Source of the DNA: Candidatus Thorarchaeota archaeon
GTDB lineage: Archaea > Asgardarchaeota > Thorarchaeia > Thorarchaeales > Thorarchaeaceae
Reading direction: 5' to 3'
Assembly: GCA_046482545.1 (NCBI GenBank)
Contig: JAWOEX010000021.1
Span: 96,001-160,000 of the forward strand
Length of the DNA: 64,000 bases
A program made the translations under genes and the position numbers. The notes beneath the pieces were generated by a model. The model was not told where the DNA came from, did not search any database, and saw only the letters and a program-made list of their open reading frames with translations. Below are positions 49,465-59,161 of this stretch, in pieces; position 1 is the first letter of the stretch; the number at the start of each line of letters is the position of its first letter.

Positions 49465-49469
49465 GAGAA

Positions 49470-49557
49470 TGGTGCGGAGGGCGAGATTTGAACTCGCGAA
49501 CTCCTACGAGACTAGAGTCTGAGTCTAGCACCTTTGGCCTGGCTTGGTAACCTCCGC
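49470..49557 (-). tRNA. tRNA-Leu(CAG), CCA encoded
   Basis: GCGGAGG/CCTCCGC acceptor, CTAGA-CTCAGAC-TCTAG anticodon arm, long variable arm, TTCAAAT T-loop. Confidence 0.95.
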
Positions 49558-49796
49558 ATAATCAACCAGTAACATTCGCCTAATCCTAGAAGTTTTGCCC
49601 TTCTTTTTACATTTTTGGATAAACAGATGTACGGTTGATTTGTTCTTCATAGGAAGGTAGTGATCTCATTTTGCATCTTGGAGAAACATGAATATCATCA
49701 ACCTTTTTACGTCAATTCATTTCCTGCGGTACAAGATATCTCAGCTTAAGCTATTGATACAGATTTATTGAGTCAAAAGAGTCTCCGGTGAAGCCG

Positions 49797-50792
49797 ATGG
49801 AATATGCAATTGAAGTAAAAGGGCTCACAAAGCGATTTGACGATTTCACAGCAGTCGACAATATCAGTTTCGGAGTTGAAAAAGAAGCGGTATTCGGCTT
49901 TTTGGGTCCAAACGGAGCTGGAAAAACCACGACAACACGCATGCTCACAGGGATTTCAACACCAACTGCAGGAACAGCTCGGATAATGGGTTATGACATC
50001 CAAAAACAGTCGTTCCGTGCCAAGGAACAAATGGGTGTTGTTACAGATATCTCGAATGTGTACAATGATCTTACCGCATGGCAGAATCTCATATTCACCG
50101 GCAAGCTCTACGGGCTTCATCAAGAGGTGCGAGAAGACAGGGCTCATGAACTGCTTGACATGTTCGGATTGGAACAAGTCCGGGATGAAAACGTACGGGA
50201 ATTTTCAGGGGGTATGAGACGTCGACTCACTATAGCCATGGCGCTCATCAACGACGCAAGTGTGCTATTCTTGGATGAGCCCACCACGGCCTTGGATGTT
50301 CAAAGCGTGAGAATAATCAGAGAACTCATCAGAAAACTCAATAATCAGGGAAAAACCATTTTCCTTACAACCCATAATATGGCAGAAGCCAATGAGTTGT
50401 GTACAGAGATAGCCATCATCAATCAAGGCAGAATAGGAACCATCGGCACACCAGAAAAGCTGAAACAAGCAATGGATAGAGTTCACTCAGTCGAGGTCAT
50501 CTTCGAAAACCGCACTTCTCAAATCATCAGGGATTTGGGTGACTTAAATAGTGTACGAGAAGTCGAAAAACGCGGCGATAAGGTTCGATTGTATACAACA
50601 GAACCTTCGGCCACGCTTTCGGAGGTTTTTGCGTTCGCAGAAGACAGGAATCTGAAGCTGATAAGCGTTAACACTCTAAGCCCCACACTTGAGGATGTGT
50701 TTCTTGAGCTCACAGGAGAAAAAATCGTGAAAAGAAGAGAGCAGGGGAAAGTTAGAGCAGGTGGCAGAGGGCGACCAGCAGGGAGGAGATAA
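49797..50792 (+). CDS. ABC-2 (DrrA-like) ATPase
   Basis: GPNGAGKTT, FSGGMRRRL, DEPT. Confidence 0.95.
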   Translation: MEYAIEVKGLTKRFDDFTAVDNISFGVEKEAVFGFLGPNGAGKTTTTRMLTGISTPTAGTARIMGYDIQKQSFRAKEQMGVVTDISNVYNDLTAWQNLIFTGKLYGLHQEVREDRAHELLDMFGLEQVRDENVREFSGGMRRRLTIAMALINDASVLFLDEPTTALDVQSVRIIRELIRKLNNQGKTIFLTTHNMAEANELCTEIAIINQGRIGTIGTPEKLKQAMDRVHSVEVIFENRTSQIIRDLGDLNSVREVEKRGDKVRLYTTEPSATLSEVFAFAEDRNLKLISVNTLSPTLEDVFLELTGEKIVKRREQGKVRAGGRGRPAGRR

Positions 50793-50795
50793 ACA

Positions 50796-51566
50796 ATGGA
50801 ACGCAGTGATGGCTTATTGGACCGCATCAGAAAAGAGGCGTCACGAGCATGGGCCATAGGCTGGAAAGACATACGTGTCTACTACCTGTCGCCACCTACG
50901 CTGATGTTCGGCGTTATGTTTCCGTTTGCGCTCTTCTTCACCTTTACAGTTGGACGGAATCTGAGTATCACCCAAATGCTGCCGGTCCTATTCTCACAAA
51001 CCGTGTTCTGGGCATCCTCCACCGTGGGTCCTGTTGTCATTCCACTAGAACGACGCATGAAAACATTCGACCGTTATCTCTCGGCACCTATGTCTCTGCT
51101 TTCTGTTATCATTGGCAAGTCGCTGGCAGGTATTGCCTTCGGTTTGATGGTATCAATCGTGCCGCTGACAATTGGCTTCCTGTTCTTCTCTCTTCACATT
51201 GCAGATATTCTACTCTTCTCGCTGGGGATTCTGCTTTCATGTGTAGCATTTGCGGCAATGGGTATTATGTTTGCTAGTGTACCCACAGAAAATGTCGGTA
51301 ACATAATGATGCCAATGAATTTCATCCGCATTCCGCTTCTGTTTATAAGCGGTATATTTATTCCAATCGAAAGTTTGCCTGTTGCAGGTCAGATTCTCTC
51401 GCTTATATCACCGCTAACTCATACGCTCATACTGGTCAGGCTTGGAATGGGTGTTGAATCCTTTCCAATACCTCCTGCAGCAAGCGTATTAGCACTTATC
51501 CTTACTAGTATGATATTCTTCGTAGTCAGTATACAATTCCACGAAATCAATAAACGAAGAGAATAG
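50796..51566 (+). CDS. ABC-2 permease
   Basis: 6 TM; ERR..TF.R...AP, SGIFIPI..LP, SPLTH. Confidence 0.92.
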   Translation: MERSDGLLDRIRKEASRAWAIGWKDIRVYYLSPPTLMFGVMFPFALFFTFTVGRNLSITQMLPVLFSQTVFWASSTVGPVVIPLERRMKTFDRYLSAPMSLLSVIIGKSLAGIAFGLMVSIVPLTIGFLFFSLHIADILLFSLGILLSCVAFAAMGIMFASVPTENVGNIMMPMNFIRIPLLFISGIFIPIESLPVAGQILSLISPLTHTLILVRLGMGVESFPIPPAASVLALILTSMIFFVVSIQFHEINKRRE

Positions 51567-51631
51567 AAATCATTGCCGTACAATCTCCGAGCAGTGTCCG
51601 GCAGGATATCGGCGGTCAAACTACTGAGGGA

Positions 51632-52123
51632 CTACTGTAACTTGCGTATCTTATCGAGTAGTGCACTCATATCTGGACAGGCGCCTCTTTTCCCTCTCAG
51701 AATCTCGATGTGCCTTAGTGTTCCATCTTTGTCGATCAGAAAGATAACGCGCTTTCCGTAGCCCTTCTCCGGAACAAAGCAGTCATACTTCAGCGTAACG
51801 TCGCCGAGTGGAACGTAGTCGGAAAGAAGGGGAAAGGCAAGCCCGCCAATCTCTTCGACCCACTTGTTATTGGCATCCACTGAATCCATGTTGATAGCTA
51901 GCACCTGGGTATTCAGTTCCTCAAAATCTTCGAGATGGTTCTTATAGAAGGTAACATAGTCCTTGCAGGCTTCGTTCAGTTCACCCGGATGAAACGCAAG
52001 GAGAACGTTCTTTTCCCCTCGGAAATCGGATAACTGAATTTCTTTACCGTGTTGATTCAGCAATGAAAATTCTGGTGCCGTTTCGCCTTCATTCAAGCAT
52101 ACATTCTGTTCACGTAATAGCAA
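51632..52123 (-). CDS. Peroxiredoxin (AhpE/Bcp-like)
   Basis: APEFSL.NQHG..I.LSDFRG, FHPGELNEAC, R.IFLIDKDG; TTG after GGAGGTGA. Confidence 0.85.
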   Translation of the reverse strand: MLLREQNVCLNEGETAPEFSLLNQHGKEIQLSDFRGEKNVLLAFHPGELNEACKDYVTFYKNHLEDFEELNTQVLAINMDSVDANNKWVEEIGGLAFPLLSDYVPLGDVTLKYDCFVPEKGYGKRVIFLIDKDGTLRHIEILRGKRGACPDMSALLDKIRKLQ

Positions 52124-52265
52124 ATTATTCACCTCCAGTATGATTTTTTGTCTATGTTGATTTCTTATCTTAAAAAGTTCACGATTGTTAATATTTTGGC
52201 AAATCTTATCGGGAATATGTGGAGATTTTTGCAGATGGTTCACAGAGAGAAGGAAGAGAATGAGC

Positions 52266-53018
52266 TCAGTGCTGTTTTGAATCATTGCGCAAGACGTTTC
52301 GTAGGTATTCCCAGTCACCAATCTTGTCAACCACGTCTTGAGAAGCCAATGCTACATCGGGCCGACCGTCGAATATGACTCTTCCCTCATGTAGTACCAT
52401 CAGTGATTCAGCCCAATTCTCATAATAGAATCGGTTATGGGTTGTATACATGACACTAATGTCCTGCCTGCGTAAATTGCGTATTATTTCCACGAGCCTC
52501 ATTACCATCTGATAGTCCAGACCGCTGAATGGTTCGTCTAAAAGCAGTATCTTTGGATTCAGGGCGAGGATACCAGCTAGCGCAATCCGTTTTGCCTGGC
52601 CATGGCTCAGTTCGTTGATTGATCGATTTTTGTAATCTGCCATACCAACCATTTCCAGTGTCCTTTCCACCCTTTGGACTACATCCTGATGTGATAGACC
52701 TTGATTCTTCGGACCGAAGGCCACATCTTCCCACACCGTAGGAGCAAACAGCTGATCATCTGGGTTCTGAAAGAGAAGTCCAATATCCTGCCGAATCCTC
52801 CATAGATTAGAGGGCTTTAGTTCTCGTCCCAGTACTCTGATGCTCCCTGAATCTGGTCGCAGAAGACCGACAATGAGCCGAAGCAGAGTGGTTTTGCCAG
52901 ACCCATTCAACCCTACTATCGCCTTCAATTCTCCCTTCGCCAGCTCTAAATTGATTTCTTGCATAGTAAACTCACTGTAACTGAACGATACATCCTTGAT
53001 ATCTGTGGCATTAACCAA
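52266..53018 (-). CDS. cbiO: ECF ATPase CbiO/NikO
   Basis: GLNGSGKT, FQNPDDQLFAPTV.EDVAFGP, LSHGQ, DEP. Confidence 0.92.
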   Translation of the reverse strand: MVNATDIKDVSFSYSEFTMQEINLELAKGELKAIVGLNGSGKTTLLRLIVGLLRPDSGSIRVLGRELKPSNLWRIRQDIGLLFQNPDDQLFAPTVWEDVAFGPKNQGLSHQDVVQRVERTLEMVGMADYKNRSINELSHGQAKRIALAGILALNPKILLLDEPFSGLDYQMVMRLVEIIRNLRRQDISVMYTTHNRFYYENWAESLMVLHEGRVIFDGRPDVALASQDVVDKIGDWEYLRNVLRNDSKQH

Positions 53019-53791
53019 TTGCAGAAAACCTCCGTGACTAGGGGGAACAACACCAGAAAGAAGCTGGCAAAAAGCGCAGCAAGCAGAAGTGCAGTATCCC
53101 CACGTTTGAATCCAGTTGCATCCATTATGTTTGCCCTTCCAAACCCACGCAGTAGCATTGCCTCGTATACAGATTCACTTCTCTGTAAGGCGCGACCAAT
53201 TGTAGAACCCACCATGAAGCCGGTGGACTTTATCCTGCTCCATCTTTTCCCCTTCTGATATCCCCGTAATGCCTGGGCATCTTGCATTGTCTCCCGCTCT
53301 TCAACAAAAAGTGGAATGTATCTGAGCATTATAAGAAGAGAGGCAATGATTGAGCTCGGAATATGGAGAGACCTCAATCCCGCTGTGAACTCGGATAGGC
53401 TCATGTGTGAGAAAGTCACCATGAAAAGTAGTAGCAGAGTCATCATTCTAAAACCAAGAAAAAGACCTAACTCCAGTCCTTCCCAGTACAACGGGACATT
53501 CAACAATGGGACCCGAAAAAGTTCAGTATCACCAAAAATGAATGGCATGAAGAATATCCAGAATAGGATAACCAGTTCAAGTCTTGTGACTAATGGCAAA
53601 ACACGGTGCCATGCAGTGTGCGCAACAGTTCCAAAAACCAGAATACACGCTATGATGAGAACAACAGCTACGATGCTCCGTTGTAGTGAAATAACTATAC
53701 CAAGAAAAAAAGAGAAGAGAATGATTCCTGCCGGTGAGAACCGTTCCAGATTCTCTCTAGCACTGGAGAAGGGAAGGAGGAATCGCTCCAT
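52946..53791 (-). CDS. cbiQ: ECF T-component CbiQ/NikQ
   Basis: LRYIPLF.EE..M..AQ.LRG, RSE.VY.AMLLRGF. Confidence 0.9.
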   Translation of the reverse strand: MERFLLPFSSARENLERFSPAGIILFSFFLGIVISLQRSIVAVVLIIACILVFGTVAHTAWHRVLPLVTRLELVILFWIFFMPFIFGDTELFRVPLLNVPLYWEGLELGLFLGFRMMTLLLLFMVTFSHMSLSEFTAGLRSLHIPSSIIASLLIMLRYIPLFVEERETMQDAQALRGYQKGKRWSRIKSTGFMVGSTIGRALQRSESVYEAMLLRGFGRANIMDATGFKRGDTALLLAALFASFFLVLFPLVTEVFCNWLMPQISRMYRSVTVSLLCKKSI

Positions 53792-53845
53792 TCATCTTAC
53801 ACTTCCAAGTCCAATCCGGGGAGGAGTATTTTAGATTGAAATGAA

Positions 53846-54139
53846 TTACGCTTGTTCAGTTCTGCGGGCAAGCAACCAGAAGAGGAATACGCCCAGCGCA
53901 AAGACAGCAACTATCCCGATGGCACCGGTTATGACATCAGTCACTGCACCTTCTTCGAGAAAAGCGAAAATGCCCTCGAATGAAGAACGGGGCTCTCCTA
54001 CACCCGCGAATTCAAAGAGTGACCATTCGAAACCGTCGGGCATATTGGATGCAAATCCGCCCAGAATAATGACGGAAACAGCTGCTATGAGGACTATGAG
54101 AATCAATACTACAAACTTCATAGCGTTTTGTCCTTCCAT
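53846..54139 (-). CDS. PDGLE-domain NikN-like protein
   Basis: FASNMPDGFE between two TM helices. Confidence 0.85.
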   Translation of the reverse strand: MEGQNAMKFVVLILIVLIAAVSVIILGGFASNMPDGFEWSLFEFAGVGEPRSSFEGIFAFLEEGAVTDVITGAIGIVAVFALGVFLFWLLARRTEQA

Positions 54140-54140
54140 T

Positions 54141-54827
54141 TTACACACCCTCCGCATCAGGTACGACAGATATTTCATCTAGTTCGCTTGAGTCCAAGAA
54201 GGAAACCAGCTCCGGTCTTGATTTCACGAAATACAGTAGAATGACAAAAGTCAGAATTGCCTCACCCACAGCGATGATTACGTGAACGCTTGTAATTGCA
54301 ATCAGGGATTCAAATCCAAACCCCGGAACTGTGAGAAGCTCGATTCCCAGTAGCATAGCTGCAATAATCGTTGTTACAAAGGATGCAATCGCTGTGGCAA
54401 TTAGTACGGCACGCTTCTTGTCTAGAAAGCTTCCCAACATCTTGAAGAGACCCTTCGCTAGAATCCACCCAAATAAACATGAAAACACACCCATATTGAA
54501 TAGATTGAGACCAAAGGTAAGAAGTCCGCCATCACCATATAGTGCTTGAACGAATAGCACCAGTGCCATTATCAATATCCCAGCCCATGGTCCAAGCATA
54601 ACCGCTAGGAGAGTCGATCCCACAAGGTGTCCGCTAGATGCTGGTGGTACAGGAAAATTGACTAGCTGTACAGCAAATATGACAGCAGCCATCACTCCAA
54701 TATAGGGCACGAGCCGTTCACTGTATCTATTATGAATAATCTTCACTGAAATAATTAATATCAAACCGCTGACAACGAAGAGGAGAAGCTGTAGCCATAG
54801 CGGAACAATACCATCAGGTACATGCAT
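54141..54827 (-). CDS. cbiM: CbiM/NikM metal-binding S-component
   Basis: N-terminal MHVPDG, SSGHLVG, QAL.GDGG, E..LT. Confidence 0.95.
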   Translation of the reverse strand: MHVPDGIVPLWLQLLLFVVSGLILIISVKIIHNRYSERLVPYIGVMAAVIFAVQLVNFPVPPASSGHLVGSTLLAVMLGPWAGILIMALVLFVQALYGDGGLLTFGLNLFNMGVFSCLFGWILAKGLFKMLGSFLDKKRAVLIATAIASFVTTIIAAMLLGIELLTVPGFGFESLIAITSVHVIIAVGEAILTFVILLYFVKSRPELVSFLDSSELDEISVVPDAEGV

Positions 54828-54830
54828 TTT

Positions 54831-54946
54831 AATTCGTGTTACTCCTTTTGAATTCGTGTTACTGTAAGGGCGCAGCAGTTATATTTGTTATGAATTTTTG
54901 GAATGATGTGACACGGAAGTGGTATTATCGTGACACAATGTGTTAC
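54831..54946. promoter_or_regulatory. Candidate NikR operator array
   Basis: GTGTTAC-N13-GTGTTAC (54836-54862), GTGACAC at 54908 and 54930, GTGTTAC at 54940, between divergent nikM and nikR. Confidence 0.65.
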
Positions 54947-54999
54947 CATAACCACAAAGTTATAGCAAACAATGAAGCACCAAAAGATGGTTGCGTAGC

Positions 55000-55425
55000 A
55001 TGACTATCCAGAGATTTGGCGTTTCAGTACCCGAAGATCTACTAGCGAAATTCGACAGAATCGTCGAAAAGAGAGATTATGTTGGCAGATCTGAAGCGAT
55101 ACGAGACGCGATGCGCCAGTTCATATCACAGTGGGAATGGGAGAACAAGCAAGAGGGGAGAACAGCTGCGCTGAACATTGTATATGAGCATCAGCCAAGA
55201 TTGATGGCTAAGCTAATCGAAGTTCAGCATTCAGCCGAGGCACATGTGAAATCCACGGTTCATATTCACTTAACAAAGAAGCACTGCTTTGAGGTTCTCA
55301 GCATCGAAGGGAGAAAGGGGCAAATCCAACAACTAGCTGATACAATAGCGGGCCTCCCAGGAATAGTTGCTTCACAGCTGTTTGTGTATTCGCTGGAAGA
55401 TGGAGAAAGTCCCCATGAGCATTAA
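55000..55425 (+). CDS. nikR: Nickel-responsive regulator NikR
   Basis: RFGVS.P..LL..FD, RSEAIRD, QH, HIHL...HC.E. Confidence 0.95.
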   Translation: MTIQRFGVSVPEDLLAKFDRIVEKRDYVGRSEAIRDAMRQFISQWEWENKQEGRTAALNIVYEHQPRLMAKLIEVQHSAEAHVKSTVHIHLTKKHCFEVLSIEGRKGQIQQLADTIAGLPGIVASQLFVYSLEDGESPHEH

Positions 55426-55443
55426 TGAACTGCTGTGTAGGTT

Positions 55444-55740
55444 CTAATCCGAAAGACGTTGTATTTTGAAGACGACGGTACCACCTGACGTGTATGGTTT
55501 GCCTGGATCCAAGCACTGCACATAGTACGTATCTTTTTCATGCGATAGGCCAATTTCATTAGCAGGTACTCCAGAACGAATAGCCAGCAAATATGGCATC
55601 CATGAGGATGATGCCCATACACAGTAGGCATCCGTCTTCTCAAGATTTAGCGCAGCTCCTTCTATGATGATTTCATCACCTTGCTCGAAGACAGGGCAAG
55701 TCCCTTCTACCTGTTCAACCGCTATTTTGATTCCTTTCAT
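55444..55740 (-). CDS. TIGR04076-like Cys-containing protein
   Basis: V.GTCP.F..GD, C..A, VQCLDPG.PYT.GGTV.F. Confidence 0.8.
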   Translation of the reverse strand: MKGIKIAVEQVEGTCPVFEQGDEIIIEGAALNLEKTDAYCVWASSSWMPYLLAIRSGVPANEIGLSHEKDTYYVQCLDPGKPYTSGGTVVFKIQRLSD

Positions 55741-55810
55741 TGCGAGTAGTAATGACTGTGACTCCAAATAAACGAGCTGACTGTCCCTAACCGTTGCTGC
55801 GAAGCTCACG

Positions 55811-55928
55811 TACAAAGCCCCTGCTGACCTGAGGACCTTCGGGTACCTTGGGGGCAGCGACGCTGGCAGGGGAAGGGTGGAGCACAGAAGTTTCCTCAGT
55901 TGGGTTCACTCAACTGTAAGAAATGGGT
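55811..55928 (+). repeat. Dispersed repeat family, 3'-end copy (A')
   Basis: Aligns by eye with 63885-64000; ends ...cactcaactgtaagaaatgggt. Confidence 0.8.
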
Positions 55929-56078
55929 TATCAGGAAGGTGTAGAAGACAAACTAGCACTACTTGAAGAACGCATCATAGAAAATCCAAAAACCATCAGA
56001 TGGCGGGTTAGAGCTTTTTTAGGACGCAAGTTGCCTGTCAGGAAGGTTGTTGAAGAAGAGAATCTGAAAGTAGGTTAG
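55923..56078 (+). pseudogene. C-terminal fragment of an uncharacterised nucleotidyltransferase-like protein
   Basis: LEERIIENPKTIRWRVRAFLGRKLP..KVVEE resembles the PK..xW..RA..G C-terminal motif; 5' part replaced by the repeat. Confidence 0.5.
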
Positions 56079-56118
56079 AATCTTCTCTATTGCCTACCGC
56101 CATTGTTCACGTGTTGAT

Positions 56119-56622
56119 TCATTCTTTCCAGTAGTATTCAAAATCGCAGCAATCCTCGCCTTGCATAAGCGTTTTTGACCGTCTCAATCTAACATCTGGA
56201 TGGATTGCAGGGGTTGCTGGAAAGTCCTGTTTACAGTGAAGGAGATAGCCAATTTCGGTTGCGTCAAGTTTCTCAAATACTCTGGCATGGACACACTGAG
56301 TGACCATGCAGAGTGATTTGGTTTCGTCTTCTTCTGTTATAGTGACCTCTTCGATGTTGTTCTTGTTCAGGTCGTTGACCCATTGATGCAACAGTAGCTT
56401 GACGTCTTCAAAGTTTTGAATGGGCTCATCTAGTTCTTCAACAATACTCCTAACATCTTCAACTGCTTGGCGTTCGGCCCAATCAGAAACCATTTGGTGA
56501 GCTCTCTGTTCACCAAGACTCTTTTCCAAGGCGCGTACGAGTGATACAAGTTGTGAGGCAATGGCTTCAAAGTGCTCTTCAACAGTGATATCCATCTGAT
56601 GCTCAAACTTCGAATTGGACAA
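56119..56622 (-). CDS. L-2-amino-thiazoline-4-carboxylate hydrolase-like (V4R-like) protein
   Basis: VTQC..A..F, IGYLLHC..D, L.RSKTLMQG.DCCDF. Confidence 0.85.
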   Translation of the reverse strand: MSNSKFEHQMDITVEEHFEAIASQLVSLVRALEKSLGEQRAHQMVSDWAERQAVEDVRSIVEELDEPIQNFEDVKLLLHQWVNDLNKNNIEEVTITEEDETKSLCMVTQCVHARVFEKLDATEIGYLLHCKQDFPATPAIHPDVRLRRSKTLMQGEDCCDFEYYWKE

Positions 56623-56694
56623 GTTTCGTTCCTCATCTTAGAATTGAAAGCCAACTACATATCTTTATCTGAAAATTACAAGGAACTGCGACCT

Positions 56695-57060
56695 GCCTCA
56701 TACCGGGAATCTACTGTTTGATTAACAGCAGATCTTCCACAGTGTTTGCCACGGCGTGGCCATGATGACCCACCTCAGCCTTGTCACCGTAGCTGAGAAG
56801 ATCAATCTAGACATGGTGAACAGCCGTGGGTTCTCCTGAACTCGATGGAGTACCTTGTTTGAAGAGTGAGGGTTTCTGCTTAGAAGACTGGTCTTCCCTT
56901 AGGCTTTCGGCCGCGTGCGTCGTGTAAGAGCACTAGCCCATTTGCCTAGTCGTGCTGATATCCGGTACTGTTGTCAGTCTAATGAACACATCTTTGGCCA
57001 CGAGAAGGGCTTAATCAAATCTTGCAGAAATCCTATATTTTACTGCACTGATGTATTAAT
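56695..57060 (-). repeat. Dispersed repeat family, inverted 5'-part copy (A)
   Basis: 56745-56803 matches the reverse complement of 63726-63784 at 52/59 nt; similarity extends to ~57060 / ~63465. Confidence 0.85.
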
Positions 57061-57064
57061 ATTT

Positions 57065-58210
57065 TTAAGATTTACAAAGCTCTTGAATCATCTCATCCAA
57101 AAGACCAAGGCCTTCCTTCAAATGCTCTTTCTCGCCGCCAAAGCCGATACGTAGATGTTTGTCAAAGCCAAAATGCTCACCAGGTACAAGCAGCAGGCCT
57201 TTCTCCTTTCGTAGCCTCTCCACCAGCTCAAGTGAACTCAACGGGAGATTATGCTTTGGAAAACACATACTTGAAGCCTGAGGAGGAACATAATCAAATA
57301 CACCGCGACGTTCATCAAGCCAATTTTTCAACATTCCCCAGTTTTGACGCACGATTTCAGTAGCGCGATCTCGTAGCCATTCTCTCTTATTGGGTTGTAA
57401 GGCCACAGTTGCCAGCGCATCGCTGATTTTGGTTGGACAGATTGTGATGTAATCCGAGTACGCCCACAATTCTTCAGCATGCTTCTTGTCTGTCGTTGCT
57501 ATCCAGCCCAAACGCAGACCAGGGAGGCCATATGTCTTGGACAGACTGTTGGTGACAACAACCTTGTCATATTGATCGAATATGGTTGGTGTCAACTCGC
57601 CATCCATCTCAGCGCCCTGATAAATCTCATCTGACAGAATCCATACATCAGCATCCTCAGCAATATCAACGACTGGTTTCAATTGTTCAGAATCAAAAGT
57701 TGTGCCTGTTGGATTGTTTGGATTACAAATTGCTATAGCTATGGTTTCTGAGCTGATGGCTTCCTTGAGCATCTCTACATCAAGATTCCATCCGCCACCC
57801 TCCATCTTGAGGTTCCATGGAATGATGCTACCACCTAGCGTTCGAACTACTCCATGAATCTGCATGTAGTTGGGCTGCATCAATATAATCTCATGCCCAT
57901 TATCAGATTCATTCACAAAGTTCCACATGGAAATGAAATTAGCTTCCGCTCCACCGTTTGTGACCAAAATGTTTTCTGCATCAGCTCCTTTGTACATCGA
58001 TGCTATAGTCTCTCTGAGTGGAATGGTGCCATTAGTCTGTGAATAACCCAGCTTCATGTTGAAGATTGTCTCGCGTTCTCGTTGGTCTGGAACAAGTTCC
58101 GCGATACTTAGTGGTTCAACACCACTTTCCGTAAGGACAATATCAACAATATGTTCCCATTCACTTTGAATTCTCTCAAGTTCAAAAGGCTCTAACTTCA
58201 CATGCTTCAC
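57065..58210 (-). CDS. Class I/II PLP aminotransferase
   Basis: NPNNPTG, SDEIY, SLSKTYGLPGLRLGW, LRIGF. Confidence 0.93.
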   Translation of the reverse strand: MKHVKLEPFELERIQSEWEHIVDIVLTESGVEPLSIAELVPDQRERETIFNMKLGYSQTNGTIPLRETIASMYKGADAENILVTNGGAEANFISMWNFVNESDNGHEIILMQPNYMQIHGVVRTLGGSIIPWNLKMEGGGWNLDVEMLKEAISSETIAIAICNPNNPTGTTFDSEQLKPVVDIAEDADVWILSDEIYQGAEMDGELTPTIFDQYDKVVVTNSLSKTYGLPGLRLGWIATTDKKHAEELWAYSDYITICPTKISDALATVALQPNKREWLRDRATEIVRQNWGMLKNWLDERRGVFDYVPPQASSMCFPKHNLPLSSLELVERLRKEKGLLLVPGEHFGFDKHLRIGFGGEKEHLKEGLGLLDEMIQELCKS

Positions 58211-58227
58211 CTACTGGTTATTCCAAA

Positions 58228-58316
58228 TACCTCGGTCCGGTATTAACCTCTTGCAAGGGGGAAGAAGGAACACAGAATTCTTAGGGAGGTTGAGTTCACT
58301 CACCTGTAAGATAGGT
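58228..58316 (+). repeat. Dispersed repeat family, short 3'-end copy (C) next to the tRNA-His 3' end
   Basis: ggaacacagaa...gttcactcacctgtaagataggt matches the A' terminus. Confidence 0.65.
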
Positions 58317-58320
58317 GATA

Positions 58321-58423
58321 TGGGGCCGAGAGCGGGAATTGAACCCGCGGCTAGGGAGCCACAATCCCCAAGGTTGCCAGAGGGCCTGCCCAATGTCATC
58401 AGGCAGTCTACCCCATCTCGGCC
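58321..58423 (-). tRNA. tRNA-His(GTG) with encoded G-1 and CCA and a 28-nt D-loop intron (58380-58407)
   Basis: G-GCCGAGA/TCTCGGC-C-CCA; GGGGA-TTGTGGC-TCCCT; HBh' motif GGGT/GCCC with AGA bulge. Confidence 0.92.
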
Positions 58424-58494
58424 ATTACTGTTTCTGAAAAATCTGGGATGGCTTATTATCTTATTCCTTCTTGGCAGATATAACCATTCTAATC

Positions 58495-59161
58495 CAATTT
58501 AATGATCATACCATCGTGAGCAAGTTCGATATCCATGTCAGAAAACTGTTTCATTTTCTCACGCCCAGCTTCAACATCGTCAAGAAGCCACTTGCCTAAA
58601 TGGGTGAATATGATGTGGTCAGTATAGGGTTTGAAGAAGGCTATAAAATCGAGGTTGCCTTTGTGACCTAAACTGCTTTGTTATCCGCAAACACTCTCCC
58701 CCTCGCTCGAATGAAACTTCCGTCGGCAATCACTAGATCCAAATCACCGAACTTATCGTGGTGCTTTTTTCAATCCAAACCATGTCCCCAGTGTACAAAA
58801 GACGATTGTCTCTTTCCAACAGATAGGCTGTAGATTCAACTGCTTTACTGTGGATAGTCGGTATGGCTGTTACTGTATAGGAGCCGATACTTACTTCACC
58901 GGAAATAACCTGAATCTCGATGTCTTCGGACTGTTCAGGCGCACACACAGGAACATCAATGGAATCTACTTTTTAGGTTACGAAGAATGCATGGTCCGGG
59001 TGAAGATGAGTGATGAATACAACATCTGGATTACGTTCCAAGAATTCAAATTCGCCAACATCCAGAAGAATGCATCTATCAACCAGCACTCCAGAATATT
59101 TCGAATGACGGGGGGTTAGGGCTGTATTTGCCCGGGTCCCTAGAAACTCAATTTTGGTCAT
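58495..59161 (-). pseudogene. Disrupted MBL-fold hydrolase
   Basis: FLGT, LLDVG, THLHPDH, then in-frame TAA (58973-58975), HS, YTGD, a frameshift at the A6 run (~58765), a second shift (~58690), then GH and FTHLG. Confidence 0.8.

Noticed and set aside
52124-52330. N-terminal extension of the peroxiredoxin in the ORF track
   Set aside because: Overlaps cbiO; a perfect GGAGGTGA precedes TTG at 52123
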